From the human T2T-CHM13v2.0 reference genome, Homo sapiens, in the NCBI RefSeq assembly GCF_009914755.1, contig NC_060945.1: a stretch of DNA of 64,000 nucleotides; one strand, written 5' to 3'. Shown here one piece after another: positions 45,901-62,375 of the stretch; position 1 is the stretch's first letter, and every line of letters starts with the position of its first letter. The notes under the pieces were generated by a model. It was not told the origin of the DNA. It saw nothing but the letters and a program-made list of their open reading frames with translations, and did not search any database. The translations under genes were made by a program, and so were the position numbers.

Positions 45901-46767
45901 CACTGACCCTTGGCAAGGATATATTTTTTTTAAGTTTTACTATCACAGAAAATCAGAACATTCAGCAGATTTAAGCTCACTGATATTAGAGGTATCCTGA
46001 GAATAACTGTGGATAAATGATGATTGGCAGTAGGATATATTATATAAAATGTTAGTAAGCCCACTAAACTCTTTGACCCTACCTATGAAGAAGAAAAAGG
46101 GCCAACATAGTCAAAGCATTTAATGAAAAGAAAGCAAATATTTCTTTAAATTGCTCCCACTGCCCTAAATATATAGTAAAACAAGCTGCACATACATCAG
46201 TTTTTCTTAAACAGGGACCCATATTTTTATTTCTCAACCCCAGTACACACACATAATAGCTTGGTTTACTTTTTATCCTATTCCAATATATTTTTTTAGA
46301 AATATTGGCTGCAAACCACTAAAATTATTTTATAAACTCCCAAAAGGTTTCAACCCTCAGTTGAAAAGCGCTACCCAGACGGAAATTACAATTTTGCACA
46401 CGGAGCTATTTGTATTTTTAAAACGTGCATGCTTGTAAAGGGTAGGGGTCACACAGACTTGCTAATTTCAGCGCTTCTGCATAGGCCCTGGGAATGGACC
46501 CAGGACAAGGATGCTTAGCACACGATCCCTGGAGGACTTTCAAAGGTATCTGAACCTTCTGGAATTGAGTGTAAAAATTATGTGCAGGGACGTACCTGCA
46601 TTTGTATAAAGAGCAGTTCCATGGCTTCTACCAGCTTTATAAAGGTGGGGTCCATCCAAGTTTCACGTATTTATTTATTTAACTACTTTAATTTTTTGGT
46701 GAGAGTCGCCAAACCTCGCACCAAAACCACATTTTGGTTAAATATAAATAAAATCAACATGCAATGA

Positions 46768-47373
<606 letters not shown>

Positions 47374-47374
47374 A

Positions 47375-47707
<333 letters not shown>

Positions 47708-48847
47708 TCACAAAAATACGGCCGACTGTCAATAACCTTCACTCATTTCTTCTACATATTGAGTGCCTACCAAGGGTGATCCACTGTATTAAGATTCTGG
47801 GTTAAACTGGAAAAGGAGGAAGTTAAATGAGAGGTACCCTGATGTCCTCTGCAGTGTTCTAGTATAATTACACTACAATTCTGAAATCCACAAAATTGAA
47901 GATTGTCACCTAGCTGTTTCCTGCCTCCCACAGAGAAGCTGCCAGAATGCTCTGAAAGAGGATGAGTTTAAACCAAAAATCGTATCGTTTTATCACTGCT
48001 TGTTCCCAATTAACAGCCAAAATATTTCAAGGAAAGGTTTATACCGATTGAGACAATGGTGACATGTAGCCACCCTCAGATGAAAAGGCATGAGCATTTT
48101 TCATAAAGGAGAGTATTTTGTGAGGGCTAAATCAAAAACTGCATTCCCACTTGAAAGACCATTAAAACACTAACAGTGCATTCTTCTCCTCACCCTATGG
48201 CTGGGAAACAATAAGCTCTGTCGCTAAGAAGTAATCAGGACTGTGTGGTTTGACCCTTATCGGATCTAAGGTGTTCTGAGCCAAGATAGGATTGTGTGAT
48301 GGGCATGCCTATGCCTCTTGTTTCCTTCCACATCAAGGATTCGCAACTACAGCAAACTTCCTGGCCTCTCTGAGCCCTCAGGATGGCTCTGGGAAGGTGA
48401 GTCATTGATGTCAACAGAGGAGAGAGTTTGGGAGAATGACCCACACATGCCTAGATAAAACCCTTCTATTTCACTTGCTTAGGAATCCAGGCCTCTGGGG
48501 AAGTCAAGGTTGGACCACCGTGGATCGTGAGGTAACTGGAAAGATCCTGCCCCCCAGGGAGGGAGGCCTGTTATCCAGTGCCAGGTCTGCCTAGGTGGGT
48601 AAGTCTACCTAACTCAAATGGCCAGGGATGTCCAGGAAACCTACGTTGCTGTACCTCTGAGTCACAACCTCAAATCCTATATTTACCGATAATAAAGCTG
48701 AGCTTTTGGTCTCCACTTGCTGAACCCTTTGTTTGTCTCAGTTGGTCCAGAAATTAAGCAGGAAAAAGAGCTTCTCAAATCCCCGTAAGCTCTGTCCTCT
48801 CCATCTTCTCAATTTCAAGTGGATTGACGACACTTAAAACACTGCTT

Positions 48848-49160
48848 GGCCGGGCATGGTGGCTCAAGCCTGTACTCCCAGCACTTTGGGAGGCCGAAGA
48901 GGGTGGATCACCTGAGGTCAGGAGTTTGAGACCAGCCTGACCAACATGGAAAAACACCGTCTCTACTAAAAATACAAAATTAGCCGGGCGTGGTGGCACA
49001 TGCTTGTCATCCCAGCTACGCGGGAGGCTGAGGAGGAGAATTGCTTGAACTCGGGAGGCGGAGGTTGTGGTGAGCCAAGATCGCGCCATTGTACTCCAGC
49101 CTGGGTAACAAGAGTGAAACTCCATCTCAAAAAAACAAAAAACAAAAACCAAACAAACAT
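48848..49160 (+). mobile_element. AluSp-like
   Basis: Full dimer; TSD taaaacactgctt. Confidence 0.95.
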
Positions 49161-49172
49161 AAAACACTGCTT

Positions 49173-49492
49173 GGTCGGGCACGGCGGCTCACGCCTGTAA
49201 TCCCAGCACTTTGGGAGGCCGAAGTGGGTGGATGACCTGAGGTCAAGAGTTTGAGACTACCCTGGCCAACACAGTGAAACCCAGTCTCTACTATAAACAC
49301 GAAAATCAGCCAGGCATGGCAGCACGCACTTATAGTCCCAGCTACTTGGGAAGCTGAGGCAGAAGAATCCCTAGAACCCAGGAGGCAGAGGGTGTAGTGA
49401 GCCGACATCACACCACTACATTCCAACCTGGGCAACAGAGTGAGACTCTGCCTCAAAAAAAACCCCAAAAAACAAACAAACAAGAAAAACCC
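49173..49492 (+). mobile_element. AluS
   Basis: Full dimer followed by cactgctt. Confidence 0.95.
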
Positions 49493-49778
49493 CACCACTG
49501 CTTAACTCATCTGTGACTTTCCAATTTTAGGACAAAAGTACATGTGCCTACTTGATGAGACAACTATAGGTCTTATTCATATTCTCAGGCAGCCCCAACA
49601 CAGCAGAGAAGTTCCTAGAAATCAAAACATAACTAATGACCCAGCTCAACAGGATTTCAAAATGAAGATATTTTTCTTTAGGTTACTGCACAATCACAGA
49701 GTAACAGCAGCTTTGCAGAGTGAGTTAAACAGTAATTTGGGTACAGCTCCCAGGTCTTTGCAGAAAGAGGATCAAATT

Positions 49779-50078
<300 letters not shown>

Positions 50079-50529
50079 CACAGGATAAAATTCTGTCATT
50101 CAAAGTGAATTTCCAAAATAACAAATATCAAGGGTGAGTGTCCCAAGACATTCCCACAGCCTAATAAAATCCAGGATGAATTATCAACAATTTGGTAGTT
50201 AGTCAAGAGACTCTACTCTGTATATAGAGCATCCAAGAACCCAAAACCTACTGGTTCCTACTTAGATTTTCTATTTATGCATCTGATTAGCAAAATCTGT
50301 CAATTTTATCATGGTAAAGCCAACAAAATTTACTACTTTGGAAATAGTTCTTTTTGGCTTTGAGTCTGGGAGGGGAAAAAATGGAAAGAGTTCTGCATAT
50401 AAATCTTCCTGATGTTATTTTGTCTTTATCTTGATAATGTTACTAGAAAGATAAAATCTGATTCAGCCTGGTTTCTCATTCAGGATGCTTCCTCCATAAC
50501 ACAACATTACAAGATGCCCTTCGAGTTGG

Positions 50530-50705
50530 TGGTTTTTGTTTTTGTTGTTTTATACAAAGACAGGGTCTCGCTCTGTCCCTCAGGCTGGAGTGCAGTAGCG
50601 CAATCACAGCTCACTGCAACCTCGAACTCCTACACTCCTGAGACCCTCCTGCTCCAGCCTCCCAGCTGGCTACAATTACAGGCCTATACCACCATGCCCA
50701 GCTAA
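50530..50705 (-). mobile_element. AluJ right monomer/FRAM
   Basis: gacagggtctcgctctg...caatcacagctcactgcaacctcgaactcc. Confidence 0.85.
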
Positions 50706-50937
50706 ACCTCTGAGTTTTGAATCAAATTTTTTTGTGTCTCCAGCACATCACAATTGGGCCTCAGTTTCTACTCATTTGGCTTCCCATCATGAAGTACAGC
50801 ATAAAGGTTGCCAGGCCTTTTGTTTCTGGAGCTTTACTTTCTGCTGTGCAACAAGCTAAACACCCAGACAGTGACTAACCAGCCTTGAGAAGGGTGAACT
50901 GATAAAAAAAAAAATACATGTTCCAAAGCTGCTCAAC

Positions 50938-51664
<727 letters not shown>

Positions 51665-51667
51665 TTC

Positions 51668-52136
51668 ATCACTGTTTATAGCAGCATTATTCACAATAGC
51701 CAAAAAACTGAAACAACCCAAATGCTCATTTACAGAGGAATAAACAAAACATATGTATATATACACCTATGCTTACATGTATATAAACATATATATAAAA
51801 GATACATATATATATCATCAACCCAAAACAGGAATGAAATTCTGACACATACTACAACATGAATGAACCTTAAAAACACGATGCTAAGTATGATGTATGA
51901 TTCCACTTAGACGAGGTACCTGGAATAGGCAAATTCATAAACAGAAAGTAGAATGGAGGTTACCGGGGCAGGGAGGTGGAGGATGAGAAATGGGAGCTAT
52001 TGCTTGCTGGGTACATATTCTGTTTGGGATGATGAAAAAGTTCTAGAATTAGATCATGGTAATGGTTGTGCAATTGTTCACTTAAAAATGGCTACAGTGG
52101 TAAATTTTATTATAGATATTTTATCAAATGCAAAAA
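51668..52136 (+). mobile_element. L1MB 3' end
   Basis: tatagcagcattattcacaatagccaaaa...tgggatgatgaaaaagttctag...gtaaatttta. Confidence 0.88.
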
Positions 52137-52358
52137 ATTCACTTTACACTTCTGAATATCATTAGTCAAAAAAAATCCACAACATTACAAAAAATAATGG
52201 CTTTGGTCAATGATGGTTGAGTCTGAGGTCTCCAAGGCAGGAATGAGCCAGAAAATGGCATTCAGGGTATGTGGTATCAGAAGCTTAGGTCAACCCCAGC
52301 TGCACACTGACCAGTGAGCAATGGTAGGTGACTCCCTCTACCTCTCAGAGCCTCGCTA

Positions 52359-52867
<509 letters not shown>

Positions 52868-52961
52868 CTATGTGCTCAGTGCAGGGACTGGCCGAAGAAG
52901 CCATTCAGCATCGGCAGGCCTGCACCTCTGCCTCGGACTCAGGCTCCTCCACATAATCTGA

Positions 52962-53372
<411 letters not shown>

Positions 53373-53452
53373 TAAAAATTGCTCCTTATAACATAAGAAG
53401 CCAAACTGATTGAAACTTTAACCCTTCTTGACAGCCTTCAAAAACCATCTCA

Positions 53453-53740
53453 GGCCGGGCACGGTGGCTCACACCTGTAATCCCAGCACTTTGGGAGGTG
53501 GACAGATCACCTGAGGTCAGGAGTTCAAGACCAGCCTGGCCAAAATGGTGAAACCCCATCTCTACTAAAAATACAAAAATTAGCCAGGTACGGTGGTGGG
53601 CACCTGTAATCCCAGCTACTCGGGAGGCTGAGGCACAAGAATCACTTGAACTTGGGAGGCAGAAGTGGCAGTGAGCCAAGATCGTGCCACCTGCATGAGA
53701 CTCCATATCAAAACAAACAAACAAACAAAAAAACAAAAAA
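53453..53740 (+). mobile_element. AluS with 3' internal deletion
   Basis: TSD aaaaacca(t/a)ctca. Confidence 0.93.
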
Positions 53741-54683
53741 ACCAACTCAGCAGAGAAAGAAATAAAAATCTAGAAAGAAATCATCTAAATAGGAATAGTG
53801 AATACCTTTGATAGTTTTGATTGCCATCTTTTTGCTTAGCCATATATTCTAGTGTTCCTATAATGAATATGCATGATTATCTAAGAATATCATATGCAAA
53901 AAGGAAAGAAAATACTAGCTTGGAGTCCAGCTTCTCCCAAGTCTCCTTGCTCCTTCTTCTCCTCCTGGACCACAGTCTTCCCTCTCACTCTGTGTGTTGC
54001 ATCTGCCTCATAATGATGGGGAGGACAATTCTAGCTCGTATTCACAAAGGTGTACCTGTGGAGAGCACTCCTCTAAGTCATGACACACGTAAATTCATGT
54101 CCTACTCACGATACCTCTATGGGTGGGGGGGGGTGCCATCATCTGCCATCTTATAGGGGAAGGAACTGAAGCCTGGAGAATGACAGCAACTTGCCCCCTG
54201 GGCACCCTGCTCGCCTGTGACAGCCCTGGCTTCAAACCCACACTGAATCCTGAACCCAGTCTCTTGGCCTCAACAACCTGGCCCCTCCTGTGGGTGTTTC
54301 TACTTTTGCCACTGCCTGTCTCTGTGTCACGATGCATTGACTTTTCTGTCACCTCCGCCACACTGTGAAGCAGGGGCTGTGGCCCTACCCGAAACAGCTA
54401 ACCCACAGTCTGTCCACTGAATTGAGTTATGGCTGAATATTAGGTCCCAAACGCAATGACATTTTAAACCTATCTACACATGCAATTGTATTTCTATTTC
54501 CACAAGGGGGTCAAGCAACCACTGGTCACTTCAGCCAGGCGGGGCCCACTTCATGGTTTTCCCACAGAACTCCCGCAGGTGAGACAAAGCGCCCCTCAGG
54601 GAACTCGGTTCCTTGGTGGAGTCCATGGTAGAACGCTGTAGGTGCACTTCAGGGCTCCACAGCCAAAGTAAAGAAAGATGAGA

Positions 54684-55083
<400 letters not shown>

Positions 55084-55101
55084 TTAGAGACATCAGTGGT
55101 A

Positions 55102-55700
<599 letters not shown>

Positions 55701-55934
55701 TCAGTGACTTCCTGGAATTAGCAAGAAAAGGGAAGAATTGGTGGAGCACAGAGGATTTTAGGGCAGTGAAACTATTCTGAATGATACTGTAATGGTGGGT
55801 ACAGTAATGGCCGCTTGACCCCCTTAAAAACAGAACAATGACTGCGTGCGTGGAAAAGTTTAATTCATTGCGTTTGGGACCCAACATTCAACAATAACTC
55901 AATTCAGTGGACAGACTGTGGGTGGATACTGTAA

Positions 55935-56038
55935 AGGAGAATCACTTGAACCTGGGAGGCGGAGGTTGCAGTGAGCTTAGATGGCACCACTGCACTCCAG
56001 CCTGGGCGACGGAGAGAAACTCTGTCTCAAAAAAAAAA
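55935..56038 (+). mobile_element. Alu right-arm 3' fragment
   Basis: aggagaatcacttgaacctgg...tctcaaaaaaaaaa. Confidence 0.92.
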
Positions 56039-56089
56039 TTTTATTTGGTGCCTGCTTATGGGCAGAGGGATGCTGTCCATGATGGTGAT

Positions 56090-56300
56090 AACAACAGTAA
56101 TAGTAATTGACACTTGTAGAGGACCTACTGTAAGTCAGACGCTGAAGAAGTTTCTTAATTTTCTGACAATTCTATCAGGAAAGTACTTGTCCCCATTTAT
56201 AAATGAAGAATCCAAAGCACAGAGAACTCAGGCAACTTATCCAAGGCCACACAGCCTGTAAGTGATGGAGCTAGTGATTTTTATTCCCACAGTGCTGCTC
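56090..56300 (-). mobile_element. MIR
   Basis: ccccatttataaatgaagaatccaaagcacagag...aacttatccaaggccacacagc. Confidence 0.78.
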
Positions 56301-56673
56301 TCAGCCATCTTTTCTGCCTGTAACCTTTCAGACAGCTGCCTCTAGCCTACCTCTGAATTCTAGGATTCCATCCACAGGGCCCCTAACATTGCCAAAAGCA
56401 AAGAGATTAACTGCCCAACTAGAATATGTGACATTCAGGCTGGAGACAAAGATTTTGGCTTGATTTGGTTTCCAAACAACAAAATCATTTCTTTAAGTAT
56501 TTCAAAAATGTTTAAGAAATCTTTTGGTAATGTTTCCCTGTACTGCCCCCAAAGTACAGGGAAATGGTGAATACCTACTCCATACCAGCATCCCTCAGTA
56601 GGACCACAAGGGTAAACAATGAGTACACCAACACTGTAATAACCAAAGGAAAGAACAGAAGTATTTTTTTACA

Positions 56674-56977
56674 GGCCAGGCACGGTGGCTCACACCTGTA
56701 ATCCCAGCACTTTGGGAGGCCGAGGCAGGCAGATCACTTGAGCCCAGGAGTTCGAGACCAGCCTGGACAACATGGCAAGACCCCATCTCTACAAAAAAAA
56801 AATACAAAAATTAGCCAGGAATGGTGGTGTGCAGCCGTAGTCCCACCTACTCAGGAGGCAGAGGTAGGAAGACCACTTGAGCCTAGGAGGTGGAGGTGCG
56901 GTAAGCTGTGATCAATCATGCCACTGCACTCTAGCCTGGGTGACAGAGGGAGGCCCTGTCTCAAAAAAAAAAAAAAA
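56674..56977 (+). mobile_element. AluJb-like
   Basis: cacttgagcccaggagttcg; accacttgagcctagg. Confidence 0.93.
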
Positions 56978-57045
56978 TTAGTTTTTAGTTTCATACTACT
57001 AGAGAAGAATCATGGAAAGATACATTCTCATAGAGTATGTTTTTA

Positions 57046-57378
<333 letters not shown>

Positions 57379-59033
57379 TCATCTAAAATAACATAAATAT
57401 TCATCATGTATCTGGGGAAATATAGATACATTTCTACCTTTTAAGTCAAAAAGCTGGAAAGAAACCAGCCATCAGTGAGTTAAGAGGTGTCACACGGAGG
57501 GGGCATTGAAGAACCCACACTTTTCAATATTTTTCCCCTTTACTGTTTACTTTCACATGCAACTGCGAATAAAAGCAGTAGATATACTACACACTGGCAT
57601 TTAGAAATTGTTTAAAATGGAGCTAAAGACATTACATTTAAAATTGAAGAAGAGCATCCCTTTGCAAACCAACCGTGTTTCTCACGCCCTCCAGACCCTC
57701 CAGACCCTGCTGAGGCCTCTGCTTTTCCACTGTCAGGCAGAGTCCCCCTGGAGCAAAACTGCTGTGCATCTGAACACCCTGACCCCAGCGAGACCCCAAC
57801 TCCCCTCCCGCAGGTGAGCCACTGAATTCCTCACCTATTAATGACATGTCCTGATTTTGTTTGGTTTTGTTCTGTTCCATTTTTCTTATAGAATGCCCCA
57901 TTCTCTAGGAATGGAGTTGAGCAGCTGCCACTCTGTCCTCTGATCAAAGTTATGGTCCTCTCCTGTCTTCCTGTTGTCCCAGCTCACCTGAGAGACTTTC
58001 TGGGAAGAGACTCTTAGAGGGAAGGGGAGTACTATGGCATTCATGGAGAATCCCCAGTGACCAGCTTGGAAGGCAGCTGAAATTTTCAAAGGAACTTCCT
58101 GCCTATCTGTATCCCAAACTAAAAAGATAGAAAGAAAACCAAACAGCTTTACCAGTTAACAATACCATCCTTCAGTGCACACCATCAGACTCCAAATAAT
58201 CCATATTAAGTGGTAAAAGCCCATGAACTGGAAAGAAAGAAGGCTTCTGCAATGACAACAACAAAAAGATAGGGCAAGTCCCTAGTATCTCAGGGTATTC
58301 CCCACGCCCTGCAGATGTGCGTGATCATACACTTCCCACCAGGTAATACTCGGGAAGTATTTAAGATGCTAGATGAAAGGCATTTGTTACCCAGGGGCAA
58401 TCCCCCTAAGTTTCTTGCAGTGGTGATTAAAGCGATTGCCCTCCATCCCTTCCCTACCTTCCAGTGATGTGAGGTTTAACTAATGTGCACTTGGGGTTTT
58501 AAGATCCCTAGATGAAAAGAGGACCAGATGTGAAAGTTATTATTATTTTGTTCAAAGTAGACGGGTATACTAACATCTGTGGGCAAGTTTACCACACGCC
58601 ACTTAAAACAGGCTAACAGGGTCATATGCCAAAACGTTCAGGTTTGCATTTTTGAAAAGCTCAGAGATCTGACAGATGTGTTCCGGCCGCGATTTAACAT
58701 GCGGCTCCAGTGAGAAGGAAGCAGATATGACAAATGGTTCACTTATTTCAGAACTAAAACCCCAGAGGAGCAGCCTGAGCCAAAAAGGGAAGTGATCAAT
58801 GGAAAAGACGGTCGAATCTGCTCACAGGCAAGGCAAGGGGGCAACACAGAGCATGTGCAGGGAGGAGGAGCTTTCTGTTTGGAAGGTAAATGAAACACTG
58901 GGCTGCAGAGAACCCGAAATTATCTTCAAGCATTTTTTAGCCACGCTTGAACTCATTCTAGAATTCATCAGCTAAGTACCCTTATAGGATAAAAAGTCCC
59001 TTTCTTCATCTTCTATAAAGAAAGAGATCTGTG

Positions 59034-59370
59034 GGCTGGGCGCAGTGGCTCATGCCTGTAATCTCAACACTTTGGGAGGCTGAGGTGGGCAGATCATTTG
59101 AGGTCAGGAGTTCGAGACCAATCTGGCCAACATAGCAAAACCCATCTCTACTAAAAATAGAAAAAATTAGCCTGGTGTGGTGATGCACACCTGTGATCCC
59201 AGCTACTTGGGAGGCTGAGGCATGAGAATCGCTTGAACCCAGGAGAGGCAGAGGTTGCAGTGAGCTGAGATGTGCCACTGCACTCCAGCCTGGGCAACAG
59301 AGTGAAACGCCGCCATCTCAAAAAAAAAAAAAAAAAAAGGAAAGAAAAGAAAACAGAAAAGAAGAAAAAA
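59034..59370 (+). mobile_element. AluS
   Basis: Full dimer; TSD agat(c/t)tgtg. Confidence 0.95.
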
Positions 59371-60046
59371 GATTTGTGCCTAGAGAAATTGCAAAAATAA
59401 AGACCACCCCACCATCACCCTGCACCAGTAGGATCCAGACTGTGTGAGCAATAAGAAAGTCTAATCGATGCCCAAACACAGGCTTACTGAGAACCATGGT
59501 CCACATGAAATGGTGCGTAGTCTCCTCCCAACGCAGCTGTCAGGGAGAACCTATGGACCTAAACCAGATCGTGTCTCCCTAGTCCTATCCACAACCCTCA
59601 AAGGCTTCCCATCTCACCAGCAGTCCCGCAGACCCTGCCCTGACGACCCTCCTCTGTCTTCATCTCCTTGGCTCTCCCACTTTGCTCTTTCCACCCAAAC
59701 TTCCAACATGCCCAGCCCAGCCCTCTGCCCTCTGCCTCGATGCTCCCTCTGTCAGCACAGGGCTCGCTTCCTCAACCCCTTGCCATCTTGGCTCCAATGT
59801 CACCCATGCAGTGGGGCCTTCCTAACTCCCCTATGTTCAAAAGCTCAAACACCCAACACTTCCTTGCTTCAAGGGCCTCCACTGTAACAATCACCTTCCC
59901 ACATGGTACATGTTGTAACTACAGTCGCCATTCCCTATCCACGGGTTCAGTATCCATGGCTTCCATATCTGTGGACTCAACCAACCGTAGATCAAAAATA
60001 TTCAAAATAAATCAAGAAATGATTGTGCCTGTACTTAACACGTACA

Positions 60047-60621
60047 TATTTTATTTTATTTTTTGAGACAAGGTGTCACTCTGTCGCCCAGGCTGGAAAG
60101 CAGCAGCACAATCACGGCTCACTGCAGCCTCAGCTTCCTAGGCTCACATGATCCTCCCACCTCAGCCTCCTGAGTAGCTGGGAACACAGGCACACGGCAC
60201 CACGACTGGCTTATTATTATTTTTTTTTTTTATTTTGCTCTAAGTTCTGGGATACATGTGCAGAACGTGCAGGTTGGTTACACAGGTATACATGTGCCAT
60301 GGTGGTTTGCTGCACCGATCAACCCGTCATCTAGGTTTTAAGGCCCGCATGCATTAGGTATTTGTCCTAATGCTCTCCCTCCCCTTGACCCCCACCCCCC
60401 GACAGGCCCAGGTGTGTGATGCTCCCCTCCCTGTGTCCATGTGTTCTCATTGATCAGCTCCCACTTATGAGTGATAACCTGTGGTGAATTTTTCTATTTT
60501 TTGTAGAGATGGGGTCTCGCTATGTTGCTCAGACTGGTCTCGAACTCCCAGGCTCAAGTGATATTCCTGCCTTGGCCTCCCAAAGTGCTGGAATTACAGG
60601 TGTGAGCTACCATACCCAGCC
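60047..60621 (-). mobile_element. AluJ, split by an L1PA
   Basis: Right arm 60047-60210, left arm 60487-60621. Confidence 0.92.
60211..60486 (-). mobile_element. L1PA7/8-type 3' end
   Basis: taagttctgggatacatgtgcagaacgtgcagg...catgcattaggtatttgtcctaatgctctccctcccc. Confidence 0.92.
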
Positions 60622-61554
60622 CAGACATTTTTTCTTGTCATCATTCCCTAAACAATACAGTATAACAACTATTACCTAGCATTTATTTTGTTTTAGGTAT
60701 CCGGAGATGATTTCAAATGTGTGGAAGGATGTGCCTAAATTATATGCAAATGCTATGCCATTTTCCAAAAGAGATTAAGCATCTATGGATTTTGGTGTCC
60801 TCAGGGCAGGGAGGGGATGTCCTGGAACGAACCCCCCACAAATACGCAGGGACAACATCTCTTGATATTGTCTGTATCCAGAATGTCAGTTCCCTGAGGG
60901 TAAGGATGCTTCCCAGCCTTCTGCCCTATTGTCTCCTTACTACCTGCAACTGAGCACGTGAACGCAGTGAACACACAGATGCTGACTTCAAAAGTCAAAG
61001 ACAACCCGCAAGAAGAAACGCTGAGGTCGGCTCCCAGAAAAATCCTCGTAACTGCTCACTTTCGTGCTAAGGTGCCTGTGCACACAGTCCTGACGACTCC
61101 TTGTGGGAAGGGTGATAAGACTGAGGCAGGATTTGAGCATTTCTGGTCCCCAGGTCACAGTACATTCAAATACGACCAAATCCCTGCTGTCCGTAACCAC
61201 CCTTGATGCAGGAAAGTGTGGCTAACACGGCATCTACCATATGAATCAGCTCACCAGAAAATGCATCCTTAGTGTCCACAGCGCAGCACATGGCCAGAAG
61301 GAAGAAAACAGGAACATGAAGTCAGTGCTTTCACAGCTATGAAGCCGCCAGGGAAAATCCCATTCTTAGAGTATCAGAGCCTCCTGCTTGATGAGGGATT
61401 CTCCCCTGCTGCCCAGTGACTGCTGCCCAAGCCGACAGGCTGCAAAGAACTTCAAGAAGTACTATAGGTCAAAAGACACTTTACTAGATGTCATGAGTAG
61501 AATGCAGTGCTGTGTCTCCTCAATTTGGTTTGAATGTTGTTGCTGTTTCATAAT

Positions 61555-62090
61555 ACCATTTTATAGAGCAGTTTAAGGTTCACAGCAAAATTACGCAGAA
61601 AGCACAGAGATTTCCCATATACCTCCTGCCCCACACGCACAGCCTCCCGACTACCAAGATCTTTCAACAGAATGGTCTGTTTGTTGCAATCAATAAACAT
61701 ATATTGACACATCATTATTACCCAAAGTCCATAGTTCACATTAGGGTTCAGTCTTGGAGCTGTAGATTCCATGGCTTTGGATGAATGTATAATGACATGT
61801 ATCTACCATCACAGTCTCATACAGAGTAGTTTCACCACCCTGGGAGCACCAGTCCTGTGTGCCCTGCCTGTTCATCCCTCTCTCCTCCCTAGCCCCTGGC
61901 AACCACCTTGATGGTTCTTCCATGTTCTTTCATGACTAGCTCATTTCTTTTCAGTGCTGAATAATATTCCATTATCTGGATGTACCACAGTTTATACATT
62001 CACTTACTGAAGGGCATCTTGGTCGTTTCCAAGTTTCCAATAAACCTGCCATAAACATCCGTGTGCAGAGTTGTTTTTGGTTTTTTGCAT
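61555..62090 (-). mobile_element. L1MC/MD 3' end
   Basis: gagcagtttaaggttcacagcaaaatt...cccaaagtccatagttcacattagggttca. Confidence 0.85.
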
Positions 62091-62102
62091 GGTTCTTTGT
62101 AT

Positions 62103-62375
<273 letters not shown>

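Larger units (their letters stand above)
59922..60858 (+). mobile_element. MER2 (TcMar-Tigger), interrupted by AluJ and L1PA
   Basis: ta|cagtcg...tccatatctgtggactcaaccaaccgtagatcaaaaata...ccctaaacaatacagtataacaactatt...ggattttggt. Confidence 0.88.
59530..60980 (+). mobile_element. L2 (59530-59920 and 60860-60980), interrupted by MER2
   Basis: accagatcgtgtctccct...accctcaaaggcttcccatctcac; gaatgtcagttccctgagggtaagga. Confidence 0.7.

Noticed and set aside
46195-46375. Possible hAT-Charlie MITE remnant
   Set aside because: The ends are suggestive, but I cannot assign a family or a TSD.
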